DNA of 37,772 nt, taken from the IMG/VR virus record IMGVR_UViG_2563366960_000009, positions 1-37,772 of that record. One strand, written 5' to 3'. This DNA is from a virus. Taxonomy: Duplodnaviria > Heunggongvirae > Uroviricota > Caudoviricetes. Positions 6,723 through 15,702 of this stretch are shown here, piece after piece. The position numbers and the translations under genes are program-made. Positions within the stretch are counted from its first letter, which is position 1. Each line of letters opens with the position of its first letter. The notes beneath the pieces were generated by a model that saw nothing but the letters and a program-made list of their open reading frames with translations, had not been told where the DNA came from and ran no database searches.

Positions 6723-9545
6723 ATGACGACAGAGTACATCAGGGACTGGCAACAACCGCGCCACACAGTAGGACGTGAAGGAACGGAGATCCCCGCACCT
6801 GAATCCGCACTTTCCTCCTGGCTGGATGCCTACCGGGCAGAGAACGAACGCCGCCAGGAAATGGCTGATGCGGCGTTCTCCGCCACACCGCTGGGCAACC
6901 TGATTAATAAAAGCCTGGACGCACAGGAAAAACAGGACAAAACCATCACACTGGCCAGAGAAGCCAGAAAACAGGCACGCGGCGCGGTGGATGAAGCCAT
7001 GGCCTCGCTGCGCCTGCTGCCATCCTATCTGCGCGATCCGCTTATTCGCCACCTCTCCTTCCTGCGCAAAAAACAGGAAGCCGATCGCCGGAAAGGCAAA
7101 AAGAGCTGGCAGGCGGAACGCTATGCACGCGGAACCCTGCGCAAAATATTCGAACGTCTGGATCGCACTGACGGACGCTGGCTGACACCGGGTTATCGCT
7201 CCCTTGCCGGACGCGAACGCCTGGACGATTTGCTTTACCTGCCGCAGCTCAACAAACACCAGATACAGACGCTGGCCACCATGACGGCGGCGATGTTCAG
7301 CAGCACCTTCGAAAAACTCTGCGATGGCTTTGGCGCGACCGATGGCGAACTGACCATGGATGTAACGCTGAAGGCGTATCAGATGCTGGCCCGCATGGCG
7401 TTACACCTGCACATCATGCCTCCACATTATGACGCACTGACAACAGATAAAGACCGGAGGAACGAACCGGACACGGAGCTGCTGCCGGGCGCAATCCTTC
7501 GCCTGACCTGTGCTGAATGGTGGAAACGCAAACTGTGGCTGTTACGTTGCGAGTGGAGAGAAGAACAACTCCGCGCCGCCTGTCTGGTTTCCAGAAAAAC
7601 ATCGCCCTATCTGAGCCAGGACGCATTAAGCGAGTTTCGCGCACAGCGCGAGAAAACACGCGATTTCCTGAAAAGTTTCATGCTGGAAAACGAAGACGGG
7701 TTCACGATTGATCTCGAGACAGTGTATTACGCGGGAGTAAGTAACCCGGTTCACCGTAAGGCAGAAATGATGGCCACCATGAAGGGGCTGGAACTTCTGG
7801 CCGAAGCCCGTGGCGACAGAGCGGTGTTTCTGACTGTCACCTGCCCGTCAAAATACCATGCCACAACAGAGAACGGTCATCCGAATCCCAAATGGAACGG
7901 GGCCACCATGCGCGACTCCAGCGATTACCTGGTTAACACGTTTTTTGCAGCGGTCCGCAAAAAACTGAACCGCGACGGCCTTCGTTGGTATGGCATCCGC
8001 ACGGTGGAGCCTCACCATGACGGCACTGTGCACTGGCATATGATGGTCTTTGCTCATCCGGAAGAAATCGACAGCATCGTGGCCATCACCCGCGATATTG
8101 CCATTCAGGAAGACCGCCACGAGCTGGGCGATGACATAACTCCGCGTTTTAAAGCGGAGTACGTCGACGGCTCAAAAGGCACGCCAACCAGCTACATCGC
8201 CACCTACATCGGAAAAAACCTGAGCAGCCGCGCCGTGGATGGTATCGACCCAAAAACGGGCAAGCCACGCGTTGACCATGAAACCGGAAAATCAATGGCC
8301 GAGAGCGTGGAGCGCGCTATCGGCTGGGCACGCCTTCACCGGGTCCGCCAGTTCCAGTTCTTTGGCATCCCCTCCCGTCAGGTGTGGCGTGAACTGCGCC
8401 GCCTTGCCAGCCAGATGGCACGCAACCCGGAAGGCCCGCAACGGCTGAAGGATGACGCAATGGATGCGGTTCTTGCTGCCGCTGATGCCGGATGTTTTGC
8501 CACCTACATAGAGAAACAGGGCGGCGTTCTTGTTCCACGCAAAGACTACCTGATTCGCACCGCCTACGACCTCGCAGATGAGCTGAACGATTACGGCGAA
8601 CAGAGCGTACAGATTTACGGGATCTGGTCGCCACTCATCGGGGAATCCTCCCGTGTGTGCACGCATCCGGATAACTGGAAGCTGGTAAGACGTAAACCGG
8701 AAACGGAAGACAGCGCCCGCGAAAATGGTTTTGACCTTCAGGGCGGCCCTGCCGCCCCTTGGACTCGTGGCAATAACTGTCCCCGTGTACAGGAAACGGA
8801 CAACAACGGGACAGAACAGCCGGAAGAACGGCCAGCACCGTGGCCGCAGCTTCCTGACAGCGTTGATGTGGATGAATGGATGCGCTCACTGAAACGGCAC
8901 GAACGCCGGGCGCTGATGCGTTCGCTGCGTGACAAACAGGCAAAAAACAGCAGTGATGAAATGCAGAACTGGACACAGAGCCGCAAACAGCCACAGCCTT
9001 TGCCTGATAACCACGAGTTACTCGCTAAAGAATGGCGGGAGTCTGCTGAATCTCTCGGCCTGCATATCGGTGAACAGCAGATGCAGCACCTGTTACGGGG
9101 CGGCAGCCTGTACGTTGACGGCAGCATCATTGCACCGCAGGGATATGAAATTGTACGTAAACCGGATACCCGCCCGGACAGCCGAATCACGCAGCTCTGG
9201 CAACGCCTGAGCCGTAACCACGGCGTAAGCAGCACGGAGATCCGCCATAACCCGGTCGCCAGCTATCTGGAACAACTAGGGGCATCAGACCCTGAAGCCG
9301 CCGCACGCCTGGCATCCACACTTCAGCAAGACCAGAACACCATGAAAACACCCGTTACCGTACTTTCTGACATGCTGCGCGCCATCCGCGACGCAGAGCA
9401 CGAACAGAGAATCAGTGAAACAACTGAACGCGCCCGCCGCAAAGCAGACCTGCTGCGGGGTGGCCTGACCAGTGGAAACAAAAAACAGACAAAAACGGGA
9501 TTCACAAATCCCGTAAATGAGCAAAAAACGCGCCGCGATATATGA
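6723..9545 (+). CDS. Replication initiation endonuclease (P2 gpA-like rolling-circle initiator), with a long C-terminal extension
   Basis: 940 aa. HUH-like motif TVHWHMMVF and paired tyrosines in SYIATYIGKN match the P2 A family. Longer than P2 A as I recall it (about 760 aa). Confidence 0.85.
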   Translation: MTTEYIRDWQQPRHTVGREGTEIPAPESALSSWLDAYRAENERRQEMADAAFSATPLGNLINKSLDAQEKQDKTITLAREARKQARGAVDEAMASLRLLPSYLRDPLIRHLSFLRKKQEADRRKGKKSWQAERYARGTLRKIFERLDRTDGRWLTPGYRSLAGRERLDDLLYLPQLNKHQIQTLATMTAAMFSSTFEKLCDGFGATDGELTMDVTLKAYQMLARMALHLHIMPPHYDALTTDKDRRNEPDTELLPGAILRLTCAEWWKRKLWLLRCEWREEQLRAACLVSRKTSPYLSQDALSEFRAQREKTRDFLKSFMLENEDGFTIDLETVYYAGVSNPVHRKAEMMATMKGLELLAEARGDRAVFLTVTCPSKYHATTENGHPNPKWNGATMRDSSDYLVNTFFAAVRKKLNRDGLRWYGIRTVEPHHDGTVHWHMMVFAHPEEIDSIVAITRDIAIQEDRHELGDDITPRFKAEYVDGSKGTPTSYIATYIGKNLSSRAVDGIDPKTGKPRVDHETGKSMAESVERAIGWARLHRVRQFQFFGIPSRQVWRELRRLASQMARNPEGPQRLKDDAMDAVLAAADAGCFATYIEKQGGVLVPRKDYLIRTAYDLADELNDYGEQSVQIYGIWSPLIGESSRVCTHPDNWKLVRRKPETEDSARENGFDLQGGPAAPWTRGNNCPRVQETDNNGTEQPEERPAPWPQLPDSVDVDEWMRSLKRHERRALMRSLRDKQAKNSSDEMQNWTQSRKQPQPLPDNHELLAKEWRESAESLGLHIGEQQMQHLLRGGSLYVDGSIIAPQGYEIVRKPDTRPDSRITQLWQRLSRNHGVSSTEIRHNPVASYLEQLGASDPEAAARLASTLQQDQNTMKTPVTVLSDMLRAIRDAEHEQRISETTERARRKADLLRGGLTSGNKKQTKTGFTNPVNEQKTRRDI

Positions 9546-9600
9546 AGCGCGCACAAAACAGGCAAAAACGGGATTTCAGAATCCTGTAACCGATTAATTA
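9470..9600. repeat. Iteron-like array; candidate parC centromere and/or origin-associated repeats
   Basis: Two about 28-bp direct repeats (9489..9516 acaaaaacgggattcacaaatcccgtaa; 9562..9589 gcaaaaacgggatttcagaatcctgtaa), each with an internal inverted repeat (CGGGATT/AATCCCG), plus further CAAAAAC motifs. They span the 3' end of A and the region just upstream of the parM-like gene. Confidence 0.5.
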
Positions 9601-9621
9601 ATCAACATAAGGAAAAGCGAC

Positions 9622-10581
9622 ATGAAAATTTGTATCGACGACGGCTCCACCAACATCAAGCTGGCATGGACTGAGAACGGCGAACACCGCAACGCCATCA
9701 GCCCGAACAGCTTCAAGTCGGAATGGTCTGCGCCGTTCGGTGGCTCGCAGCCTGCGAACTACATGCTTGATGGCGTGCGCTATGGTTTTGATCCGGTCAG
9801 CGATCGCTTTGTCCAGACGACCGACACGCAATACCAGTACAGCGATGTGAATGTAATCGCCATTCACCACGCGCTGGTCAAATCAGGCATCACGCCACAG
9901 GAGGTGGATGTGGTTGTCACCCTGCCACTGAGCGAGTATTTCGACACAAACGCCCAGCCGGATATGACCAACATCAACCGCAAAAAAGCGAACGTTATGC
10001 GCCCGGTGGAGTATCAGAACAGTGAGGCATTCACTATCCGTAACGTGCGGGTTATGCCTGAATCCATTCCGGCTGGCTTTAAAGCACTGGCTGACATGAG
10101 TCCGTTTGAATCCCTGCTGATTGTGGATTTGGGCGGAACCACGCTGGATGTGGCAAAGGTTCAGGGGCAACTGGCAGGTATCAGCCAGGTGTTTTGCGAT
10201 CCACACGTAGGCGTTTCTCTGATGGCCGATGCCGTGCTGTCGGTGATGGCCACCAACGGTATGCGCACCAGTCACCACATCGCCAATACCATTATCGAAC
10301 ATCGCCACGATGAAGCCTGGCTGCGCCAGCACATCCACAATGACGCGCATTACGCCAGCCTGATGGCAGTTATTCGTGAAAAGGAGGAAACACTGAAACA
10401 ACGCGTGATCCGCGCGCTGGCGGGTTTTTCGGGTTACGGGCGGGTGATGGTTGTAGGTGGAGGAGCGGAGATTGTGGCACCCGCTATCCGCGAAGCCTGC
10501 GGAGTTAATGCGACTTTCATCGCGGACGGGGTGCCACAATTTGCTCTGGTTAATGGGCTGTACGCAATGGACAAGGAGTAA
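9622..10581 (+). CDS. parM: ParM/StbA-like actin-family partition ATPase
   Basis: 319 aa. N-terminus MKICIDDGSTNIKLAW closely resembles plasmid R1 ParM (..FIDDGSTNIKLQW, from memory); later LLIVDLGGTTLDV and VMVVGGGAEIV match actin-fold phosphate-binding motifs. Confidence 0.8.
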   Translation: MKICIDDGSTNIKLAWTENGEHRNAISPNSFKSEWSAPFGGSQPANYMLDGVRYGFDPVSDRFVQTTDTQYQYSDVNVIAIHHALVKSGITPQEVDVVVTLPLSEYFDTNAQPDMTNINRKKANVMRPVEYQNSEAFTIRNVRVMPESIPAGFKALADMSPFESLLIVDLGGTTLDVAKVQGQLAGISQVFCDPHVGVSLMADAVLSVMATNGMRTSHHIANTIIEHRHDEAWLRQHIHNDAHYASLMAVIREKEETLKQRVIRALAGFSGYGRVMVVGGGAEIVAPAIREACGVNATFIADGVPQFALVNGLYAMDKE

Positions 10582-10585
10582 ATCA

Positions 10586-10897
10586 ATGACGACACCAACC
10601 AGACGGATAAGTTTCTATCTGAAGCCCGCCGCCGTCAAGAACGAAGGTGAAGCATGCGCCTGGCTGGACAGCCTTACACCAGAAGCGCGCAAAAGCGGCC
10701 AACGCGTGGCTTTTCTGGCCGGGCTGGCACTTCTGAAAATGAATCCGGCAGAGGCTTACCGACTGGCTGCATGGGCTGATGATGAAGCGTTATCAGTGAC
10801 ACAAACCAGGACAGAACGCCCCGCGTCACAGCCAGTATCAACCGCACAGATAACCAGTCAGATGGCCGGAAATATCCGGGCGTTATTTCCCGAATAA
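10586..10897 (+). CDS. parR: ParR-like centromere-binding adaptor
   Basis: 103 aa directly after parM. RRISFYLKP...LDSLTPEARKSGQRVAFLAGLALL and the C-terminal NIRALFPE align by eye with R1 ParR (RRTIAFKLNP...LDSIPQGERSRLNRAALTAGLALY...LRSLFPKE, from memory). Confidence 0.7.
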   Translation: MTTPTRRISFYLKPAAVKNEGEACAWLDSLTPEARKSGQRVAFLAGLALLKMNPAEAYRLAAWADDEALSVTQTRTERPASQPVSTAQITSQMAGNIRALFPE

Positions 10898-10902
10898 CAC
10901 AA

Positions 10903-10926
10903 CATCAGGGCGCATCCGCCCTGATG
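10903..10926. promoter_or_regulatory. Perfect 10-bp inverted repeat (catcagggcg-catc-cgccctgatg) between parR and the ClpX-finger gene
   Basis: Read directly; no T-tract follows, so it is more likely an operator or processing site than an intrinsic terminator. Confidence 0.35.
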
Positions 10927-10960
10927 ACTTTAACCCGGGAACATAAACAAGGGGGACACA

Positions 10961-11296
10961 ATGCAACGCATTGACAGAGAAAAAGCGCAGCGACTGATTG
11001 AGCGGATGGAAGCGCTGGCGAAAGAAGAAAATGTCAACATCCAAAAAATAGCTGAATGTGGCCAGATAGTTCTTCGTCGTGAAAAAGACCTCAAACAACT
11101 GATGTCTGGCGAAACCAGCAAAACATGGACTTCAGGTGAGGAGACGATTTATTGCAGCTTCTGCAATAAATCCCAGTACGAAGTCACAAAGGTGATTGCC
11201 GGACCGTCTGTTTACATCTGCAATGAGTGCGTTGATTTGTGCAATGAAGTTATCAGGAGAGAAGTGACAGACCATGAAGAAAAAACGCATGAATGA
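10961..11296 (+). CDS. Small protein carrying a ClpX-type N-terminal C4 zinc-binding domain and no AAA+ module
   Basis: 111 aa. Residues about 64-100, [35 protein letters not shown], closely match the ClpX zinc-binding domain consensus (CxxC...CxxC). N-terminal half is a predicted helical region. Confidence 0.7.
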   Translation: MQRIDREKAQRLIERMEALAKEENVNIQKIAECGQIVLRREKDLKQLMSGETSKTWTSGEETIYCSFCNKSQYEVTKVIAGPSVYICNECVDLCNEVIRREVTDHEEKTHE

Positions 11297-11462
11297 CGAA
11301 TTTGACGGCTTTTAATTTTATCGGGGCGCACTGTCGCCCTGCATGGAGAAAAACAATAAAAAAGATGAATAACTGCTCATGTCAGACGCGCTGCGGGCAA
11401 GTCTGGCACCCTGCCCTGTCTCCGCAAAGGCTGTTGTCTTAACACGACAGAGTATGCCAGCA

Positions 11463-11870
11463 TTAAATATAATCTTCTTCGTAGTCGCTGATTAATTCAT
11501 TGCCATAATCAGACAGCAATTTCAAAGCAAAGGTAACTTCCTCAAGGGTAGCTATCCCCATTGCTGAAAACACCGTTAATTTAACCAGCAGCAGGGAGTT
11601 TGAAAGTTCGGAAGAGTTCATCATTAAAAATATTGATGCAGCCTGAAAAGCTGTGCGTTTATTCCCATCATGAAAGGCATGAGCCTTGGCTATACCAATC
11701 AAATACATAGCAGCCAGAGCATGAATATCATCAACCCCTTCATAGTAGTGTAGTGTCCTGACGCGATTTAAAGCACCTTCAAGTAGCCCGTCATTGGCAT
11801 TTCCGCTCTGGGGTAAAGTTTCAGCATGGATACGTTCTACTTGTTCTTTTGACAAAAACACTATGTCCAT
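11463..11870 (-). CDS. doc: Doc-family (Fic fold) toxin
   Basis: 135 aa with the Doc motif HAFHDGNKRTA (HxFx[DN]GNKR); start overlaps the stop of the upstream antitoxin (ATGA). Confidence 0.8.
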   Translation of the reverse strand: MDIVFLSKEQVERIHAETLPQSGNANDGLLEGALNRVRTLHYYEGVDDIHALAAMYLIGIAKAHAFHDGNKRTAFQAASIFLMMNSSELSNSLLLVKLTVFSAMGIATLEEVTFALKLLSDYGNELISDYEEDYI

Positions 11871-12226
11871 CAGTTATCCTCAAGCTTTTTAATGATATCC
11901 GCATGTTTTTCTCTTGTACGCTTCATTGCATCTTCAAAAGACAATCCTTTTTTTCTCTGTGCGACAAGAGCTGGATGACGTTTTTCCAGATCTCTCACTG
12001 CATTTATTAAGAGTGGTTGCTTCATTTTGTTTATTTGATCCCGCAGTTTTTTGGTTTTGCCAAGGACAGCCCGTATTTCAGGACTAAGATCAGAACCAGC
12101 AAGAACAACATCCTTCCCTCCCTGCGCCGTGATAACGACACTGCCACCGGAAGAAAGGTAATCCAGAATTTCACTCAGGTTCTCACGAAATTCATCATCA
12201 GTTACAGTTTTCATATTCATTTCCAT
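11870..12226 (-). CDS. phd: Phd/YefM-like antitoxin
   Basis: 118 aa immediately upstream of and translationally coupled to doc; N-terminal region is consistent with a Phd/YefM fold. Confidence 0.65.
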   Translation of the reverse strand: MEMNMKTVTDDEFRENLSEILDYLSSGGSVVITAQGGKDVVLAGSDLSPEIRAVLGKTKKLRDQINKMKQPLLINAVRDLEKRHPALVAQRKKGLSFEDAMKRTREKHADIIKKLEDN

Positions 12227-12288
12227 TATGCACGCCCATAACGTAAGTATAACGGCTTGTTGGGCAGTAATAACACCGCCATATTTTC

Positions 12289-12326
12289 ATTTTATACACC
12301 GCACAATAGTGCACAAATTTGCACAA
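12289..12326 (-). promoter_or_regulatory. Putative phd-doc promoter/operator: three GCACAA (TTGTGC on the coding strand) repeats at exact 10-bp spacing, next to a TATAAA-like -10
   Basis: Plus strand gcacaatagtgcacaaatttgcacaa at 12301..12326; includes GTGCAC palindromes; about 70 bp upstream of the phd start. Confidence 0.45.
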
Positions 12327-12422
12327 TTTTTTTGAACAACTTTTTACCCTTCCGGCCCGCGTGGCGACTGGATCCGTCAAGGATCCGTGCGTGCACAAAA
12401 AAACGCGCTTTTTCTGCGCGCA

Positions 12423-12471
12423 GGTGACGGGGGAACAGCCCGCGTTTCAGGGGGTAAATAGCATCCCCTGA
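12423..12471. other. Putative cos / terminase recognition region
   Basis: ggtgacgggggaacagcc resembles the G-rich P2/186 cohesive-end sequence as I recall it, followed by an 8-bp inverted repeat ttcagggg...cccctgaa. It sits between the hotspot and portal gene Q, where cos lies in P2 prophages. Confidence 0.3.
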
Positions 12472-12692
12472 ACGATGTCGCAGCGACACAACAGAATGGC
12501 TGTATTTCTCACGCTGAGCGTGAAAAAGACGTGAGGGCTTTTGATTTGATGGGGTGAAAGGTAAGGCCGTCAAAATCGCACTGAGACGGCGAGAACATGC
12601 AGTCAACGCGGTGGGATTGCGTAAGAGTCTGACTGTCGATGATGGCAATAAGCAGGAAAGCGTCGTGAAATTATCTGATTGATACAGGAGCT

Positions 12693-12716
12693 GGAGAGTC
12701 GGGGCATAAATTTTTT
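12693..12716 (-). terminator. Stem-loop downstream of Q (ggggcat-aaatttttt-atgcccc); possible terminator of the Q-P operon
   Basis: 7-bp perfect stem read directly; lies about 35 bp after the Q stop on the minus strand. Confidence 0.3.
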
Positions 12717-12750
12717 ATGCCCCGGCGAAGCAGCAGACAAGCGAAGCGCG

Positions 12751-13797
12751 TCAGGATGTGGGCTGGGTGTCTAACAGTGCGTAAGGGTTAAAGCGGATCA
12801 CCTCTTCGCCAAGCCAGTCATTGATGTGCTTTATGGCCTCCATGACAGGCATCAGCTCGTTAATTGCGTAAACCCGCGCGGCCTTCTCCACATCGCCAAA
12901 CGCACTTTTTTCGCCCGGCATCGCCCCCATCAGTTGCGGCGGAACGCGGTGCGCAGCCAGCACATCATCACGGGATGCCGCCTTAACATTCATGAACTCA
13001 TCCTTTGCGGTGATCTGATGGAACGGCAAAATTTGCACCCCCTCTTTGCCCCCGTTGGGCGCATGGATGAGCACGTTTTTAAACGCACCACCACCACGCG
13101 CACCCTGTAACGTTTCTTTCAGGGAGTCCATGCTTTCGCGGTTTACCTGCGCTGCACCGATGTAGATGATGCACCCGGCGTGGGATCCATTGTCGTAATA
13201 CAGTTTTCTGAACATGTCCGCCGAATGAGACAGGCTGGCCGAGAGTAATGCGCCAAGATATTCCGGCATGCCGTAAATTTCCTGGTTAATGTCCGGATTC
13301 ATCAGGTGGCACACTTTGCCAGGGCGAAACTGAAACGCGTCCTTGCCATCCTGCACATACCACCATGATTCAAGATCGCTTCCGCGTCGCATGTATTTCG
13401 CCAGTGCGTGCCGTAATTTAAGTGGTTCGCCGAGCATATTGCTCCGAAGCTCAAGGAATGCGTTACCGAACACAAACCAGTCCAGCGCCAGCGCCGAGAA
13501 ATCCTGCCGGGAAAGCAGCGGGTGCGGGATGTAGCAACCGAGCAATACATTGCGCTTAAAGTAAAGCGCAGACTGATGCCAGGACGTTTGCCGGGCAGCT
13601 CTTGCCAGACCGTACCAGTCCACCGGGGTTTCATACCACCGCCCGTTATCAGCACAGTACATATTGTCCAGCAGGTCATGCCCGGTCAGGCGATAAGGAC
13701 CATCAAATGTGAATGCACTGAGCGATGATTCTTTCCTGAGCGCATCAGCGAGATCAATGCGTGAACTCATGCGCACTTTTTTATTTTTTCTGCTCAT
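12751..13797 (-). CDS. Portal protein (P2 gpQ-like)
   Basis: 348 aa (P2 Q is about 344 aa); leftward with P as in P2; ATGA overlap with P. Confidence 0.85.
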   Translation of the reverse strand: MSRKNKKVRMSSRIDLADALRKESSLSAFTFDGPYRLTGHDLLDNMYCADNGRWYETPVDWYGLARAARQTSWHQSALYFKRNVLLGCYIPHPLLSRQDFSALALDWFVFGNAFLELRSNMLGEPLKLRHALAKYMRRGSDLESWWYVQDGKDAFQFRPGKVCHLMNPDINQEIYGMPEYLGALLSASLSHSADMFRKLYYDNGSHAGCIIYIGAAQVNRESMDSLKETLQGARGGGAFKNVLIHAPNGGKEGVQILPFHQITAKDEFMNVKAASRDDVLAAHRVPPQLMGAMPGEKSAFGDVEKAARVYAINELMPVMEAIKHINDWLGEEVIRFNPYALLDTQPTS

Positions 13798-15548
13798 CAG
13801 AACTCCATAACCGTGAAACGCTCGTTTTCTCCTTCGCCGCCAATCGGTTCGTTAATGACAGCAAGCATGGTTGCCCACGCAAGGTCGCCGTGGCTGATCC
13901 CCCTCGCACGGTCCGTTTCGTAAGTGATAAAGCCGCCCGGTGTTTTCACCTTACGCACGGCGTTAAAGGCCGCGACCAGCTCGCGTTCGGCGCGATCGTA
14001 TTCCCACCGCCCGGCACGCATTATTTGCAGCATTTTCAGTACCAGCGACCGTTTTGATGACAGCGTGAAGGTGTACGGAATAGCAGCAGGGAAAAACCGT
14101 TTCACTATCTGATAAACAGCCTCCCCGTTCCCGCCCGTCACATCAATGCCGATGTGTTCCACGTTGTAGCGATACGTGAACTCTTCAATGACTCTGGCCT
14201 GTTCTTCAAACTCCAGCCCCTGAACGCGTCGCGTCTCCACCGTTCGAAAACGGCCACCAGGAACAGCCGGAGGAACCACCACGGACACAGCGCCGCTGTC
14301 GCCGTTTCCACTGCTGCCGTTTGCGTCATACCCAATCCATACCGGACGATTCCCCATCGGGCGGGGAGCAAAAGGTTTCCAGTCTTTCCAGTCGTCGTAT
14401 CCGTCAACACCGCAGCCAATCAGGATATTCAGGTTAAATGCCGATTCCCCTTCGCGGACAAATTCACACATATAGAGATTGCGGAACTCGTCTTCGGTGT
14501 TTTCATCACGAATTTCGTCGATATCGGTGTGTTTCCAGCCGTGATTAACCACATCTTCCAGCGTGACAATTTGCCGCCACGTCCGGTCAGGGCAGATAAG
14601 CCCGTTATGCAGCGTTTTCCAGTCCACAGAAAAACGCTGGCGTTTATGCGAGGCCTTTTTCTCGTTCCAGCGGTCACCGTTCCAGTAGGCGTATGCCTCG
14701 TGCGTTTCGGTGGATGGCGTGGAGAAGTAGGTGCGCCGCAGTCCGCTGAGGGTTGCCATAGCGCCAGCCACCTTGCGCAGTTCAGCAAAGCGACTGACCC
14801 AGAAGAATTCATCAAAATAAAAATTGCCCGTATAGGACTGTGCCGACGCAGCAGAAGTGCCGAGAAAATGCAGCTCTGCGCCGTTGGAGAGGATGATTTT
14901 ATCGCCCCCTTTCAGCTCCACATCAACTTCAGCCGCGGCCTTCTGAATAATGCTTTTAAACTGGAACGCCTGACGACGCGACGCAGACAAAAAAATCTGG
15001 TTACGCTGGTAAGGTTGCGCCACATCGTCACGCAGCGCCATCAGCAGTGCTTCCTGTGCAAAATACCAGGTCGCCCCAATCTGTCGGGATTTCAGGATCA
15101 TCCTGTTACGTATCCCGGCTTCCCTGCAAAGGGTCAGGGAGTCAAACCAGCCCCGCTGATGCCACTCCAGCCTGCTGATGATTTTTTCCCGCAGTGCGGC
15201 AATCTGTTCCGGCGTGAAATGATTTTTGAGTTTTTTCGCCCGGCCTTTCTTTCCTGTGGCCGTCGCATCCGGCTGGCCATCATGCAGTTTTTTAAGCTGC
15301 CGGGTCAGCAGGTCTATTTCCTTGAAGTCACCACCTGTTTTATTCTGTTTTTCAGTGAGCTGGATGAGGCGCGCATCGATGGACTGCGTGACACGCTGCA
15401 CGGGTGGTGTTTCATCCCACTGGTCGCGTTTTTTCCACGCATAAATCGTGTTCGGGTTTATTCCCATCAGACGTGATATTTCTGCGGGCGGATAACCCTG
15501 CCAGTAAAGTTGTCGCGCACGCTGGCGCACAAAAGCGTCCTGAATCAT
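13797..15548 (-). CDS. Terminase large subunit / ATPase (P2 gpP-like)
   Basis: 583 aa, divergent from the scaffold gene; size and position match P2 P. Confidence 0.85.
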   Translation of the reverse strand: MIQDAFVRQRARQLYWQGYPPAEISRLMGINPNTIYAWKKRDQWDETPPVQRVTQSIDARLIQLTEKQNKTGGDFKEIDLLTRQLKKLHDGQPDATATGKKGRAKKLKNHFTPEQIAALREKIISRLEWHQRGWFDSLTLCREAGIRNRMILKSRQIGATWYFAQEALLMALRDDVAQPYQRNQIFLSASRRQAFQFKSIIQKAAAEVDVELKGGDKIILSNGAELHFLGTSAASAQSYTGNFYFDEFFWVSRFAELRKVAGAMATLSGLRRTYFSTPSTETHEAYAYWNGDRWNEKKASHKRQRFSVDWKTLHNGLICPDRTWRQIVTLEDVVNHGWKHTDIDEIRDENTEDEFRNLYMCEFVREGESAFNLNILIGCGVDGYDDWKDWKPFAPRPMGNRPVWIGYDANGSSGNGDSGAVSVVVPPAVPGGRFRTVETRRVQGLEFEEQARVIEEFTYRYNVEHIGIDVTGGNGEAVYQIVKRFFPAAIPYTFTLSSKRSLVLKMLQIMRAGRWEYDRAERELVAAFNAVRKVKTPGGFITYETDRARGISHGDLAWATMLAVINEPIGGEGENERFTVMEF

Positions 15549-15702
15549 TGCTCCCCCTGAGTAATTACAGGAAGATTACCCGCGCGCGAAACTGTTCTCC
15601 TTAACCCCCTGTTCTGGCCGTTTTCTTACAACAAAAGCCCTTTGTATCAGCCTGTTACGCTTTGCCATCATGACTGAAGAACCAGTCAGAGGGGCAAAAA
15701 CT
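15549..15702. promoter_or_regulatory. Divergent late-promoter region between P and O (expected Ogr-dependent promoters)
   Basis: Position by analogy with P2. I could not find a clean TGT-N12-ACA dyad by eye. Confidence 0.35.

Noticed and set aside
6186-7259. 357-aa minus-strand ORF
   Set aside because: Lies entirely antisense within the replication gene A region and upstream ORF; Cys/Arg/Gly-rich low-complexity translation; shadow ORF of a GC-rich coding region.
9470-9600. Possible CRISPR array
   Set aside because: Only two to five imperfect A-rich repeats with irregular spacing and no cas genes; better explained as partition or replication iterons. No CRISPR-like array seen elsewhere.
10897-10960. 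LexA box upstream of the ClpX-finger gene (Tum-like SOS control as in phage 186)
   Set aside because: No CTGT-N8-ACAG motif found by eye; only the unrelated palindrome at 10903..10926.
12292-12648. 118-aa minus-strand ORF between phd and Q
   Set aside because: Arg-rich junk-like translation over the putative cos and operator region; no ribosome-binding site.
14154-15476. 440-aa plus-strand ORF
   Set aside because: Antisense to terminase large subunit P, which has strong family and synteny support; composition looks non-protein-like.
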